The position numbers and the translations under genes were made by a program. A model generated the notes under the pieces. That model was not told where the DNA came from. It saw only the letters and a list, made by a program, of their open reading frames with translations, and did no database searches. Below, piece by piece: positions 12,588-25,900 of a stretch of 64,000 nucleotides of DNA; the first letter of the stretch is position 1; every line of letters starts with the position of its first letter. Source of the DNA: Octopus vulgaris (lineage: Eukaryota); the NCBI GenBank assembly GCA_951406725.2, contig OX597816.1:182280001-182344000 (forward strand), written 5' to 3'.

Positions 12588-13082
12588 TACAGTTCTATAT
12601 TTAAAAGATGAGGAATTATTTACATTTGACGGATATTTGTCCTCATCTTGTTTGTTGTTAACAATGTTTCGGCTGATATACCCTCCAGCCTTCATCAAGT
12701 GTCTTGGGGAAATTTTGAACCTGGGTTCTCATTCCTTCCTAAGGTATTTTTCAATGTTGTTGTTGTTATTATTATCATTATTATTAATAATATTATTATT
12801 ATTCAGGAATCAAACATATGCCCGCAGGCATATGGTGTAGTGGTTAAGAGCACGGGCTACTAACCCAAGATTCTGAGTTCGATTCCAAGCAGTGACCTGA
12901 ATAATAATTATAATAATAATAATAATAATAACAACAACAGCATCGAAAAATACCTTAGGAATGAGAACCCAGGTTTGAAATTTCCCCAAGACACCTGATG
13001 AAGGCTGGAGGGTATATCAGCTGAAACATTGTGTTAACAACAAACAAGATGAGGGCAAATATCCGTCAAATGTAAATAATGT
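12588..13082 (+). mobile_element. Fold-back tRNA-headed, hammerhead-containing non-autonomous retroelement (Penelope/retrozyme-like)
   Basis: 12-bp TSD actgttgtagag (12576-12587, 13083-13094). Inverted arms 12615-12807 and 12896-13080. A box 12833-12843, B box 12875-12886. Confidence 0.8.
12990..13035 (+). ncRNA. Minimal type-I hammerhead ribozyme motif (probably inactivated); second copy on the minus strand at about 12660-12703
   Basis: gacac-CTGATGA-a-ggctg(gagggtatat)cagct-GAAAC-att-gtgtt; stem I gacac/gtgtt, stem II ggctg/cagcy. Confidence 0.65.
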
Positions 13083-13482
13083 ACTGTTGTAGAGGTCAGT
13101 TACTGAATGCGTGTGAAATTCTTATTTAAAATTGTGAGAAAAAAGAACTTCTGGTGAACTGAAGCTCTTATATCCTGGCTATAGATTTTCATTTGTTCCT
13201 ACTCCTAGGTTAAGTAACAACAGGTTTGCATAACAATCTTGAAATGCTGATTTCTAAGAAAGAAGAAAGCAAAATGGCAAGCACTCGTTAAAGCCAGTTG
13301 ATTATTATTCCAAAGAATCTCCATTTGAGTTTCTGAGACTGAACCTATATACACTTAAATAGATGCACTTATATGTGTGCATCTGGTACATATACAAGCA
13401 TACATAAAGAATAATCATGCTCATACTTGTCTACTAAAGAATCAGATACAGCTATTACATGTGTGCAGTGTATATTGTTATA

Positions 13483-13642
13483 GGTGCTGGTGTGGCTGTG
13501 TGGTAAGAAGTCTGCCTCCCAACCACATGGTTCTGGGTTCAGTCCCACTGCATGGCACCTTAGACAAATGTTTTCTACTTTAGCTTCAGGCCAACCAAAG
13601 ACTTGTGAGTGGATTTAGGAGACAGAACATGAAATAAGCTCA

Positions 13643-13685
<43 letters not shown>

Positions 13686-13885
13686 TGTCTGTGCATCCGA
13701 CCACTGTTTGACAACTGGTGTTGATGTGTTTCCATCTCTGTAAGCAGTTTGGCAAAAGGGTCCAGCACAATAGGGACCAGGCTTTAGAAAAACTAAAAGT
13801 ACTGGAGTCAATTCTTTCGATTAAAAATTCTTTAAGGTGGTGCCCCAGCATGGCCACAATCTAATGACAGAAACAGGTAAAAGTT
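13483..13885 (+). mobile_element. SINE family A (diverged)
   Basis: Head, CORE-like box, (GT)n, tail ggtggtgccccagcatggccac. Confidence 0.8.
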
Positions 13886-14004
13886 AAAATACCTGCACCT
13901 GTATACATACATTGACACACTAACCCACTCACATATTCATAATTGTTTGGGACTGTCTCACTCAAGCTGAAAATACTTATGAATAAGCAGACACAGAACA
14001 AGTA

Positions 14005-14005
14005 T

Positions 14006-14045
<40 letters not shown>

Positions 14046-14886
14046 TATAAATATATATGCATACATACATGCATGTATTATATATTTATTCTGACAAACA
14101 CACACACACACACACACACATTATAAATATATATGCATACATACATGCATGTATTATATATTTATTCTGACAAACACACACACACACACACACACATTAT
14201 AAATATATATGCATACATACATGCATGTATTATATATTTATTCTGACAAACACACACACACACACACACACATTATAAATATATATGCATACATACATGC
14301 ATGTATTATATATTTATTCTGACAAACACACACACACACACACACACATTATAAATATATATGCATACATACATACATGTATTATATATTTATTCTGACA
14401 AACATACACACACACACACACACATTATAAATATATATGCATACATACATACATGTATTATATATTTATTCTGACAAACATACACACACACACACACACA
14501 TTATAAATATATATGCATACATACATGCATGTATTATATATTTATTCTGACAAACATACACACACACACACACACACATTATAAATATATATGCATACAT
14601 ACATGCATGTATTATATATTTATTCTGACAAACATACACACACACACACACACATTATAAATATATATGCATACATACATGCATGTATTATATATTTATT
14701 CTGACAAACACACACACACACACACACATTATAAATATATATGCATACATACATGCATGTATTATATATTTATTCTGACAAACACACACACACACACACA
14801 CACATTATAAATATATATGCATACATACATACATGTATTATATATTTATTCTGACAAACATACACACACACACACACACACACATT
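14005..14886. repeat. Minisatellite, 11 copies of a ~76-bp unit containing (CA)n
   Basis: Unit (ca)n-ttataaatatatatgcatacatacatgcatgtattatatatttattctgacaaa; tattctgacaaa counted 11 times. Confidence 0.95.
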
Positions 14887-15665
14887 TACTATGCTGTTTA
14901 CAACAAAAGAATTCTATGAATGGATGATCTGAATTTAATTATCTAATCTTTAATGTTCTAAGGAAGATAATCTGTGTGTTGTCATCATTATCATCATACA
15001 CACACACATACCTATCTACCTACTCTCTCTCTCACTCTTATGTATGTATGTACGTATGTATACATATATATGTATTTGTGTTGTTGTTTAGCCTTAGGCC
15101 AGTCCTGACCTAGCAGGATCATAATTAAAGGCATTCCAATCCTGACCATCCTGATTTTTTTCAGTATAGTGTACCTGGACCACATTATCCAATGTGTTCT
15201 TTTTTAATATAGTAGGGTGAGATATGTGGGATATTTGCCTGCTGTTTCTAGCTGGAAGAGCTACCATAGATGCTTCCTTGTTGACATCAACAGCGACCTC
15301 AGTAAGTTAGTAGTAACTGTCCACATAGATTAAATATCATTCCCAGGATATAGCAGGCCAAATATTTATCACCAATAACCTAGATACAACTTGATTAATA
15401 ACAGGCCATTACCTGGTTTTTATTGCAGCTAACTAGGTACTTCTTCTCCAGTGGTTTCCTTATTGTGTGCTGTAGAGCATAGTATGCAAGGTTTGTCACA
15501 TCTAGGATTGTTTTTGTTTCAGATATTATTGCCGGTGTAGCTGTGTGGTTGAGAAGGTTTGCTTCCCAACCACTTGGTTGTATGTCTTATCCCACAGCAT
15601 TGTACCTAGAGCAAGTGGATTTGTTAGATGGAAATTGAAAGAAGCCCATTGTATGGGTGTATGCC

Positions 15666-15726
<61 letters not shown>

Positions 15727-15869
15727 ATGTTAGGAAGGGCATCCAGCAGTATAAATGATGCCAGGACAGACCAGGGAGCCTGGTGTGGTCCTTGGCCTTA
15801 CCAGCTCCTGTCATACCATCCTGCCCATGCTAGCATGGAAAACAGATGTGGAATGAGGATAATGATGAT

Positions 15870-16017
<148 letters not shown>

Positions 16018-16042
16018 GATCAAAGGTCTTTCTTGGAAAAGA

Positions 16043-16460
16043 AATGTTAGATGTGTGACTGTGAAATATGTTTTAATTTCATTATGTGAGAGATAAATTT
16101 TGATAAATCTGATAAAATCATTTTTTTGGATGCACTTTGACCACAGTCTATGGGTCGTTGTCATGTCTTCTGGTAGTGGATGGATCCAGCACATTGAGAT
16201 TGTAGGGCATGACATGTTCAGTACTGTGTATGTCCCCCCCGGGTGTTCAAAACGGAACATGGAGGGTATGAGGCGGTTCACAAAAGCCATTGGTACCTGT
16301 GCCCACACCCTGAGGAAAGCTGCCTCCAGTTCCACACGAGTTGTTGGCCTTGGGACCACCTGGTTCGGCTGTCTCTGGATTTCATTCCACAGGTGTTCAA
16401 TTGGGTTCACATCTGGGCTGAAAGCCTGCCATAGCATGTGGCTGTTTTTGTTACCACTTT
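16043..16460 (-). mobile_element. Tc1-family transposase C-terminal fragment
   Basis: WQAFSPDVNPIEHLW...LEAAFLRVWAQVP...NRLIPSM (WP..SPDLNPIE.LW motif). Confidence 0.85.
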
Positions 16461-17097
16461 AACTCTCTGCAAAAAATCCCAAATTTGATTTAATTTGCTT
16501 TGCGGGAAGGACTATTTTAACGAAGTCTCATCTTGTCCCTACCTTCAAAACGCGGAGTAGATAAAATGGGACAACTGATGAATGGAATGTTCTTTATGTT
16601 GCCTGTCTCGTTTCTCTATTTGTTTCTTTCGTTGTTCGAAAAAAAGTTCGTTTTCTATGTTTATGTTCTCTTTATTTTTTGACGTCCTCTCCCTATCTAT
16701 GCATGTGAGAATAAGGACAGTAAAAACAAATGGTGAGGTGAAGTGGTGAACACTGGAAAAACAAGCTTTGAGAAGAGACAGGCAAAAGCACGTCTTGTCT
16801 TTCGGAAGGAAATGGAAGAAAGAAAGATAGATAGCCGTTGGTCATGTCTGAGCAACGAGAGAATGAAGGAGGAAGAATGAGGTGAAGGCGAGAGGAGAAG
16901 AACAGGGAAAGAGTGGGAGAGAAAAACTGAAAGGAAGAAGAAGAGAGGGAGATAGAATAGAGATAGGATGTAGAGTGCACATTGGAATTATTAAGATAAA
17001 ACTGACGTGGGAATGGGTGTGTGGCATTCGATCAAATAATGATATAATTAATATATGAATATATGCATATATACGTATATGTACATACCTACATATA

Positions 17098-17688
17098 TCT
17101 TCTCTCTCTATATAAACGGCAGTTTGTCTGTGCGTGTTTCTGTGTGTCTGTTTGGTTGTACCCTCACCCTGACCACGGCTTTCAACCGATTCTGACGAAA
17201 CTTGACACACACATAGCCCAATGTCATAATTCAAAACTAACGCAGCGAAAATTTTGAAAAGTTCCCCCAGTTCTGAACAAAATCGATAAATTCGACATGG
17301 GGTCGAGAATCAGAAACACAAACCGCAAACTCCACCTTTTTTTACTCTCAAAAAAATTTACCATAATTTTTTTCCATTTTTTTGCTATTTTTTGGCTATA
17401 ACTCTCTAAAAATGCTTTATAGTTATTTCCCTTACAAAATCGATAAATTCGACATGGGGTCGAGAATCAAATCTTTTTTATCAAAAAATTTTGACATGGG
17501 CTATAACTCGAGAATCAGAAACACAAACCACAAACTGTCTAGGGGACGCAACTCCACCTTTTTTTACTCTCAAAAAAATTTACCATAATTTTTTTCCATT
17601 TTTTTGCTATTTTTTGGCTATAACTCTCTAAAAATGCTTTATAGTTATTTCCCTTACAAACCCGAGCAACGCCGGGCGATACTGCTAG
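17098..17688 (+). mobile_element. Non-autonomous Helitron-type element with internal duplication
   Basis: TC-start in a TA tract, gtctgt repeats, 3' hairpin cccgagcaacgccggg then CTAG|T. Confidence 0.8.
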
Positions 17689-18647
17689 TATATATATAAA
17701 CATGTACAGATGTTAAAAAAGTGTGAATAAAATGAGAAACAAGAACATAAACAAAAACATAGAAAAGAAACTTTTTTCAAATAACGAAAGAGTACACTCA
17801 CAGGTATATTATATACAGGTATGAATATATGTGTGTGTGTGTGTTTCTGTTCCTAGTTTTGACATTGCATGATAGTCGTAAATGAGTGCCACTGTCATAC
17901 AACCAGAGTCATTCCTTCCCAATATTCTGTGAGAATGTAGCAGTTTTTCAATAAGCCACACCTGAACTTAAAGGGTTAACACATTGGCTCCCACCTGTCC
18001 TGCTGATGGGTCGTGGTGGTATGTTAGCGAGTCCTGCCTGACCCACCAGCGGGTCATTTCTTAATTTCTTTCCCATGGGCTTTCTGTGAGCTGGTACTCT
18101 CCTTTTGCTTTGATTTGTACTTTTGCTACACTAAAAGAACAATTTTTTTATTGATTTTTTTTTTTTTTCATTTTTCTTCTGATTTCACCATTCAATGAGG
18201 TAAAATAAAAGGTTGGGTATTGAGAAAATTTTATTTGCTATTGAAACAAAAATAGCTAGTTCTTTTTGAAAAAATTGGTAGATTTTCCAATAGAAACAAG
18301 AAAATTATTTTACTTGCCATGGAAACCAAAATAGCTCTTTTTGAAATCTTTTTTTTCAAATCTTCCAATAGAAAATACCCCAATTTTAAATTGACCATGG
18401 GTAGGTTATGTGGTATCTAGGATGTGATATGAATTAGGGTACCACACGACCCTCTGGTGGGACACAGGTATCTTACACTACATATGTGATTCTTGCCTCA
18501 CATTTGGTATAGTGTAAGAATTTTATGCTGCTCATGTCAAAATTAATTAAGATATTATACTGGAACCCTGGGATAAAATGTTAAATGAGGCTTGGGAGCC
18601 AACTCGTTATTGATAATTACACTAGCTATTTTTATCTCTTATTTTAG

Positions 18648-19015
18648 TTTGAACGAAATGACTGGGAAAGAACAACTGCAGAAGGAGTATATGTTGATGC
18701 AGAAGAAATTGAAAGATGCTGACAGCAAAAAGCTGAAACTCTGCGACATTATTAAGAACTTAGATACTTCTTATCAACGATCGAAGGGAAGCGTTATGAG
18801 ATACAACCAGTTGAAAAACATTATAAAAGCGACCATTGATGATAAAAACATACTTTTCCTTCAAGAATGTATCAAGAGGGAATCACATGAAGGTCCACAA
18901 AGATCTACGAGTATAACTGGTGGCCTGTTGCAGCGCTGTGCAGAGTTTGCTGGAAAGTCATCGGAAATAGCAGACAAAAACGTACAGATCAATGCAATTA
19001 CTTATATTCCAGCAG
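18648..19015 (+). CDS. Uncharacterised two-repeat helical protein, coding exon A (probable ATG at 18658)
   Basis: Acceptor tattttag|, open frame MTGKEQLQKEY...ITYIPA, donor GCAG|gtgag phase 1. Non-repetitive, coding-like composition. Confidence 0.75.
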
Positions 19016-19048
19016 GTGAGCATTTCATTTTCATTATCTGCTGTCAGG

Positions 19049-19297
19049 GTGGAGTGGCATGGCTTAGTGGTTAGGGTGTCAGCATTATGATCGTAAGATT
19101 GTGGTTTCGATTCCTGGACCGGGCGACACATTGTGTTCTTGAGCAAACCACTTCATTTCACGTTGCTCCAGTCCACTCAGCTGGCAAAAGTGAGTAACGC
19201 TGCGATGGACTTGCATCCCGTCCAGCTGGGGAACACATACGCCATAGAAACTGGGCCCATGAACCTGGCTAGGCTTTAAAAGGGTGCATTTATTTAT
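19049..19297 (+). mobile_element. tRNA-derived SINE family C
   Basis: A box tggcttagtgg, B box ggtttcgattcc, CORE-like ttcttgagcaa, (attt)n tail. Confidence 0.75.
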
Positions 19298-19930
19298 TTA
19301 CTATCAGGGTTTTGATTTTTGTGTTTCTTTCCTTTTGTCGTCGTTTGGTCCCAGGTTAATGCTGGCCAAGCAGACATATTGCTATTTTGTGTCCGTTGCT
19401 CTTTCACTGGCTTACTTGTTCCAGTTATTGGACTGCGGCCATGCTGGAGCACTGCCTTGTAAGGTTTAAGAAGTCTACTTATTCTGCTGGTTTCTATTTT
19501 GCTAAATCACTGAGTTATGGGACATAAACACATGCTGATTGTCAAGCAGTATCCAGTAAAAACAAGTTACAGGGTGGGACACACACCCTCACACACACGC
19601 ACATTTGTATATTATACATTTACATATACGCACATGTATATTTGTATATTACATACATACACACACACACACACACATAGGTATATTTGTATATTACACA
19701 TATACATACACACACACATACTTCCTTGACTTCTTTCACTTGACTTGTATTGTTTCTTTTTTCTTTTCTTGATACGGTTTAAGAGATATGTAACTGGCAT
19801 TTCTAGTAAGTCAAATGACCACATAGAGCTTCCTTTACTGAAGTATCATTTTACAGGATGGCCAGGACAAATTAGTAAACAGAGTGTCAGGCCAGGTCAA
19901 AGCTGAATGAGCTGATAACGATGTGTGTGT

Positions 19931-22015
19931 CATCATCATCATCATCATCATTTAGCGTCCGCTTTCCATGCTGGCATGGGTTGGACGGTTCAACTGGGGT
20001 CTGGGAAGCCAGGGGCTGCACCAGGCCCAGTCTGATCTGGCAGTGTTTCTACAGCAGGATGCCCTTCCTAACACCAACCACTCCGTGAGTGTACTGGGTG
20101 CTTTTTACGTGCCACCAACACAGGTGCCAGACGGGGCTGGCAAACAGCCACGGTTGGATGGTGCTTTTTACGTGCCACCGGCACGGGGGCCAGGCGAGGC
20201 TGGCAACGACCACGATCGGATGGTGCTTTTTACGTGCCACTAGCACGGAGGCCAGTCGGGGTGGCACTGGCAACGGTCATGATCGGATTGTTCGCTTACG
20301 TGCCACCGGCACTTGTATCACAGATGCAATTTCCATTGATGTTGATCGACTTCGATTTTGGTTCTGATTTCCACTTGCCTCAACAGGTCTTCACAAGTGG
20401 AGTTTTGTGTCCCAAGAAGGAAAGGTATGCATAAGTCGACTGGCTACATCCCAGGTAGAGGCCATGGGTTATGGTCTCATTTGTCCTGCCGGGTCTTCCC
20501 ACGCACAGCATACTTCCATAGGTCTCGGTCTCTAGTCATTTCCTTGGTGAGACCTAAAGTTCGAAGGTTATGCTTCACCACCTCATCCCAGGTTTTCCTG
20601 GGTCTACCTCTTCCGCAGGTTCCCTCAACCTCTAGGGTGTGGCACTTTTTCACACAACTATCTTCAGCCATTCTCGTCACATGACCATACCAGCACAAAC
20701 GTCTCTCTTGCACACCACAACTGATGCTTCTTAGGTCCAACTTTTCTCTCAAGGTACTTACACTCTGTCGAGTATGAACACTGACATTACACATCCATCG
20801 GAGCATACTGGCTTCATTTCTTGTGAGCTTACACATATCCTCAGCAGTCACAGCCCATGTTTCACTACCATGTAGCATGGCTGTTCGTACACATGCATCA
20901 TACAGTCTGCATTTTACTCTGAGCGAGAGGCCTTTTGTCACCAGCAGAGGTAAGAGCTCTCTGAGCTATTCTTACTCTAGCAGTTACACTTTCAGCACAC
21001 CCACCCCAACTACTGACTTGGTCACCTAGGTAACGGAAGCTATTGACTACTTCTAGTTTTTCTCCCTGGAATGTGGTAGAAGTTGGTCTCTGCACATTTT
21101 CAGTGTTTATTGCTCCTGAGCATCTGCCACAAACAAAAACTATTTTCCTAGTTAGCCCTCCTTTGACATTGCTGCACCTCTTATGTGTCCATAGCTTACA
21201 CTTGGTGCATCTTATAGAGTTTCTACCTACACCTTTTCTACAGATTGAGCAGAGCCATCTACCTGAAGGCGTTTGTGATTTGTCTACATTCCTACTTATT
21301 ACGACTTTGGTTTTGGCTAGGTTGATTCTAAGGCCCTTCAATTCTAATCCTTGCTTCCACACCTGAAACTTCTCCTCCAGTTCTGATAGTGACTCAGCAA
21401 TTAGAGCAAGGTCATCAGCATATAGGAGCTCCCAGGGGCATCCTGTCTTGAATTCCTCCGTTATTGCCTGGAGGACTATGATAAATAGGAGGGGGCTGAG
21501 GACTGAGCCTTGGTGGACCCCTACCTCTACCTGGAATTCTTCACTGTATTTACTGCCAACCCTCACCTTACTAATAGCGTCCCTGTACATGGCTCGCACT
21601 AGCCATTCATCTATCCCTAGTTTCCTCATTGACCACCAGATAAGGGATCGGGGGACCCTGTCGAAGGCTTTCCCCATGTCAACAAAAGCCAGGTACAGGG
21701 GCTTATCTTTGGCTAGGTATTTCTCCTGCAGCTGTCTCACCAGAAATATGGCATCAGTGGTGCTTTTCCCTGTCACGAATCCAAACTGCATCTCATCTAT
21801 GCTAACTCTCTCCCTAATTAGTTGGGCTATGACCCTCTCCATAACCTTCATTACCTGATCCAGCAGCTTGATACCCCTGTAGTTATTTGTATCTCGGGCG
21901 TCACCTTTACCTTTGTAGCAGTTGACTATTATGCTGCTACACCAGTCATTGGGAATGACTCCTTTGTGTATCACCTGGTTAACTCTACGGGTGACTAGGC
22001 TATAGCCGACACTAC
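19931..22015 (-). mobile_element. RTE-clade LINE, 5'-truncated, RT domain nearly intact
   Basis: ORF 20898-22091: NYRGIKLL, QFGF, AFVDMGKAFDRVP, GVHQGSVLSPLLF, LLYADD. ORF 20477-20941 is the C-terminus. (GAT)n tail at 19931. Confidence 0.95.
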
Positions 22016-22067
22016 TAATAATTATATGTATGTATATATATATATATATGTATGTGTATATATATAT

Positions 22068-22856
22068 TGTTATGCCGCCACTCAGGCCCAAGGCCTTCTG
22101 ATGCCACCACAGGCGCTAAGTTGCGACGATGACACTCAGTAAACCGGAAATCTACCACAGGAAGGGGGAAAGTGGTGAACACAGCCTGGAACCAACACTT
22201 GTGAACAACAAAAGAAGAGACACAGGCAGAAGTTGCATAATTCAAACATTTTTTTTGCATACAAAACCAAAGCATTCACAACAAAGGTTAACAAATCATG
22301 TACAGAGTTCGAAGAACAAACCATTTTACATTTAACACAAGGTTCACAATCAACAGTCTCTTAGAGTTCCACTTTCCTTTTTTTTTTTTAATACGACAGT
22401 TCTCAAAAAGTTCCTTCTGCTTTTAAAAACATTTCCAAGTTCTTTTTTTTCTTTTCTTTTAAAAACAGCCAACAACATGCTCTTTTTTGTCTTTTCAACG
22501 ACACATCGTCTCTTCTTTTTTTTAGACTTTTACATTTAAACATTAGAATTTAAAATCTACAGAAAAAAACATTCGTTTCTTAATTTGCGTCCGCAACAAT
22601 TTTAACTTCACAAACTCCCACCACGACAACTTGCCCGGCCGCTCGTTGTCATCTCTCTCTGTCATCGTGGCTGCTTCTCGTCCAGTCTCTCTCCCACTCA
22701 CTGACTCCTTAACTTAATGCTATCTGTATTTATAGCGGGTAGCAGCTAGAAGAAGAGAAATATCGTGAACAACTGGAGCGCCGGTTCGATTCCAACTAAT
22801 GGAACAAGGGGCATTATGGTTTTTTGTTCTTTTACATTTTCCTTGCGTCCGTAACA
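22068..22856 (-). repeat. 3' LTR (789 bp, TG...CA)
   Basis: Termini tgtta..taaca; preceded on the minus strand by PPT tagggagggggtag (22857-22870); homologous to 27620-27956. Confidence 0.9.
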
Positions 22857-22925
22857 CTACCCCCTCCCTAGGTTTTTTGTCGTCCCAACAAAAGCACACT
22901 ACAGTCGTATCTCCAGACGACCTTC

Positions 22926-25900
22926 TCAACAGGTGAGCCCAACCTCTGAAGGCGTGCTCCAGCTGAACTGGCCAGACCCATGGTACTTCCACAGACAGTT
23001 CGCATGCACAATTTTTGGAGAAGACCTCCTGCCTCCTTGAATCCGGTATGTCACATCGGACAGGTGATTCATCACCGTGTAAGGCTCCTCCCAAGGACTC
23101 TGCAGCTTTGGAGACTGCCCTCTCTTCCGCCAGGGGTTATGAAACCACACCTCATCACCCTCCTTGAACTTGATCTCACTAGCCCTGGTGTCATGCCGAC
23201 ACTTCATCACCTCACCCAAAAATTTCAGAGCCTCTCTAACTTGCTGGTGTACCTCAGTCAGCCTCTCCTGCAGATGTTTCATGTATCTGGAGGTTTCCCT
23301 AGGTAGCTCCTCTCCCAGAGGTCTTCCCATCAACAGATCAACTGGGAGCCTTACTTCATGGCCCAACATCAGCTTTGCAGGTGTATAGCCGGTAGTTTCA
23401 TGTGTCGCCGAACAATAAGTGAGCAATAGCGCAGGTAGCTTCAAATCCCATTCCAACTGTCCTTCTACACAATGTTTCCCTAGTGTCCAGTTAAACCTCT
23501 CCACCATCCCGTCCGACTGTGGTCTCATTGGGGTCGTTTTGGTCTTCTTAATCCCCAACACTCCTGGAACACAGCTGATTCAAAGTTCCTACCTTGATCG
23601 GAATGCAACTCCTGGGGCACACCGAACCGACAGAACTGATTTACCAACGCTTGCGCAACAGATGTAGCCTCCTGATCACGGATGGCATATGCCTCAGGCC
23701 ATTTTGTGAAATAGTCCGTGGCCACACATATGTACCTATGCCTCTTTCCGTGAGTGGTAACGGTCCAGCAATATCCACCGCTATCCTTTCCATGAGCACA
23801 CCAACCTGGTATAACTGCAGAGGGGCACACCCCCACCTCCTTGGTCCCTTCTTGGCGCAGCATACATCACAAGATCGACACCAGTCCTGAACGTCCTGAC
23901 GCATGCCCGTCCAATAGAATCTGTGCCGCAGCCGATTCAGCGTTTTCTTGACCCCCAGATGTCCACTCGTAATTTGGTTGTGAGCTTCCTCCAGCAGCTC
24001 AGGTCTCATCTTCTTGGGTATCACCAACTGCCAATACTTATTGAGGCCATCGGGTGTCTCCCAGCGCCTCTCAAGCAACCCGTCGTTCAGACGAAGAAGG
24101 TCCCACTGGCCCCAATAGCTCTTAGTTTCAGGGCTGGACCTGGATACCTCCTCCCAAAATGGTCTTGCTGCTTCCTGCTGCAGTCACTCTACCACTGGCC
24201 CTAAGTCGGCATCTTCCATCTGTCTCTTCCGTACCTCTCCAGTTGACATGTATCCAGTCACTGTAGTATGTTTGCACCTGCTACTGTGTTCTCTTCTTGC
24301 ACAATGCTTGCAGTCCGATTCACAAGGGCGACAGCTCAAACTGTCAGCATTGCCATGTACCCGCCCCAGACGGTGCTGTACTTCATAGTCGTGTTGGTCC
24401 AGTTTCCCTAGCCAGTGTGCTAATTGTCCCTCCAGGTTCTGCAGTGTCTTCAACCACTTGAGTGCCACATGGTCCGTTCTGATGGTAAAGTGGGAACCGT
24501 ACAGGTATGGATGGAAAAAGTCGACACTCTTTATCACCGCCAAAAGCTCCTTACGGGTTACACAGTAGTTTCGCTCAGGTTGATTAAGCTTTTTACTGTA
24601 ATATGCCACCACATATTCCTTGTTTTACCTTCCTCCTCCAATACCGTGGCTACTGGCGTCACAGTCCAGTATGAAAGACCTGCTTAGGTCCGGGTACAGC
24701 AACACGGGGGAACTCAACAGCGCCTGCTTGAGTTCATCAAAAGCACACTGTGTTATGGCAGTCCACTCAAACTTTTGGCTCTTCCCCAGTAGTTTGTGCA
24801 ACGGTGCAGCCACTGTAGCAAAGTCCTTCACAAAGCGCCTATAATAGGTGCACAGTCCGAGGAAACTCCTGAACTCCTTCACACAAGCAGGGACCGGCCA
24901 ATCCTTCACGGCAGCCACCTTCTCTGGGTCAGTACGGACACTGTCTTCACCTACAATATGTCCCAAGTATCTCACTTCTTTGGATTTAACTTGAGGTTTG
25001 CAGTTCGAAGCCTCTCGAATACCTCTCCAGCTCTTGATCAAAAGTTCAGCCAAACACTATGACATCATCAAGATAGATGAGGGCGGCCTGCCAGTGTAGG
25101 CCCTCCAGTACTCAGTCCATCAGACGCTCGAAACAAGTCGAACGGCATCACACTGAACTGCCACAAACCCCGTCCATACGAAAATGTGGTCTTCTCCCTA
25201 TCTTTCTCGGCAACCTTGATTTGATGGTATCCGGCCTTCATGTCCAAGGTAGAGAACCACTGAGCCCCCGCTAAAGCATCAAGCGGGTCGTCGATCCTCA
25301 GCAAAGGATACGCATCCTTGACCGTCACTTCATTGAGCGCTCGGTAGTCCATGCAGCATCTCACTGTGCCGTCTTTCTTCCGCACTAAAACAATGGCTGA
25401 CGACCGTGGGCTGTTCGATCTTTCCACTACTCCCTGTCGTCGGTATTCCTCCATCACTTCTTCCATTTCCTGTCGCTGAACTGGGGCCATCCTCCGAGCT
25501 GGCTGCCCGTGTCGATGTGGTGCTCCACCAGGTCCATGCAACCGAGGTCTAGATCCCCTGCAGAGAACACATCAGCATACTTCGCCAGTAGCATCCTCAA
25601 CCTCAACACCATCTAAGCACTGGCGACTCCGTGCGAACAGATCTTGTAACTGCACAGGCAGACTACCCCCCTGCAGTTACGCAACTGACCCTGCCGCCGG
25701 TCTACTGCCTGGCACAGTTCCACGATTTGTCCTTTACAAATCTTCTGTGCCACTCTCGAGCAGTTGGCTGCCACCACCAGCACTTCATCAGCTCCTGCCT
25801 CCACCAGGGTTCGCCCGATAGTCACTCCAGCTTTCATTTTGCATCGTCTGTCAGGCTCCACCAGCCCAAAAAGCCATCAAGCGGATCGCTCACACAACAC

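Noticed and set aside
12820-12890. Genuine tRNA gene
   Set aside because: It has A and B boxes but no convincing acceptor stem and is embedded in a TSD-flanked repeat; treated as a SINE head.
14005-14886. CRISPR-like repeat/spacer periodicity
   Set aside because: The spacers are just (CA)n, there are no cas genes and the context is eukaryotic; it is a minisatellite.
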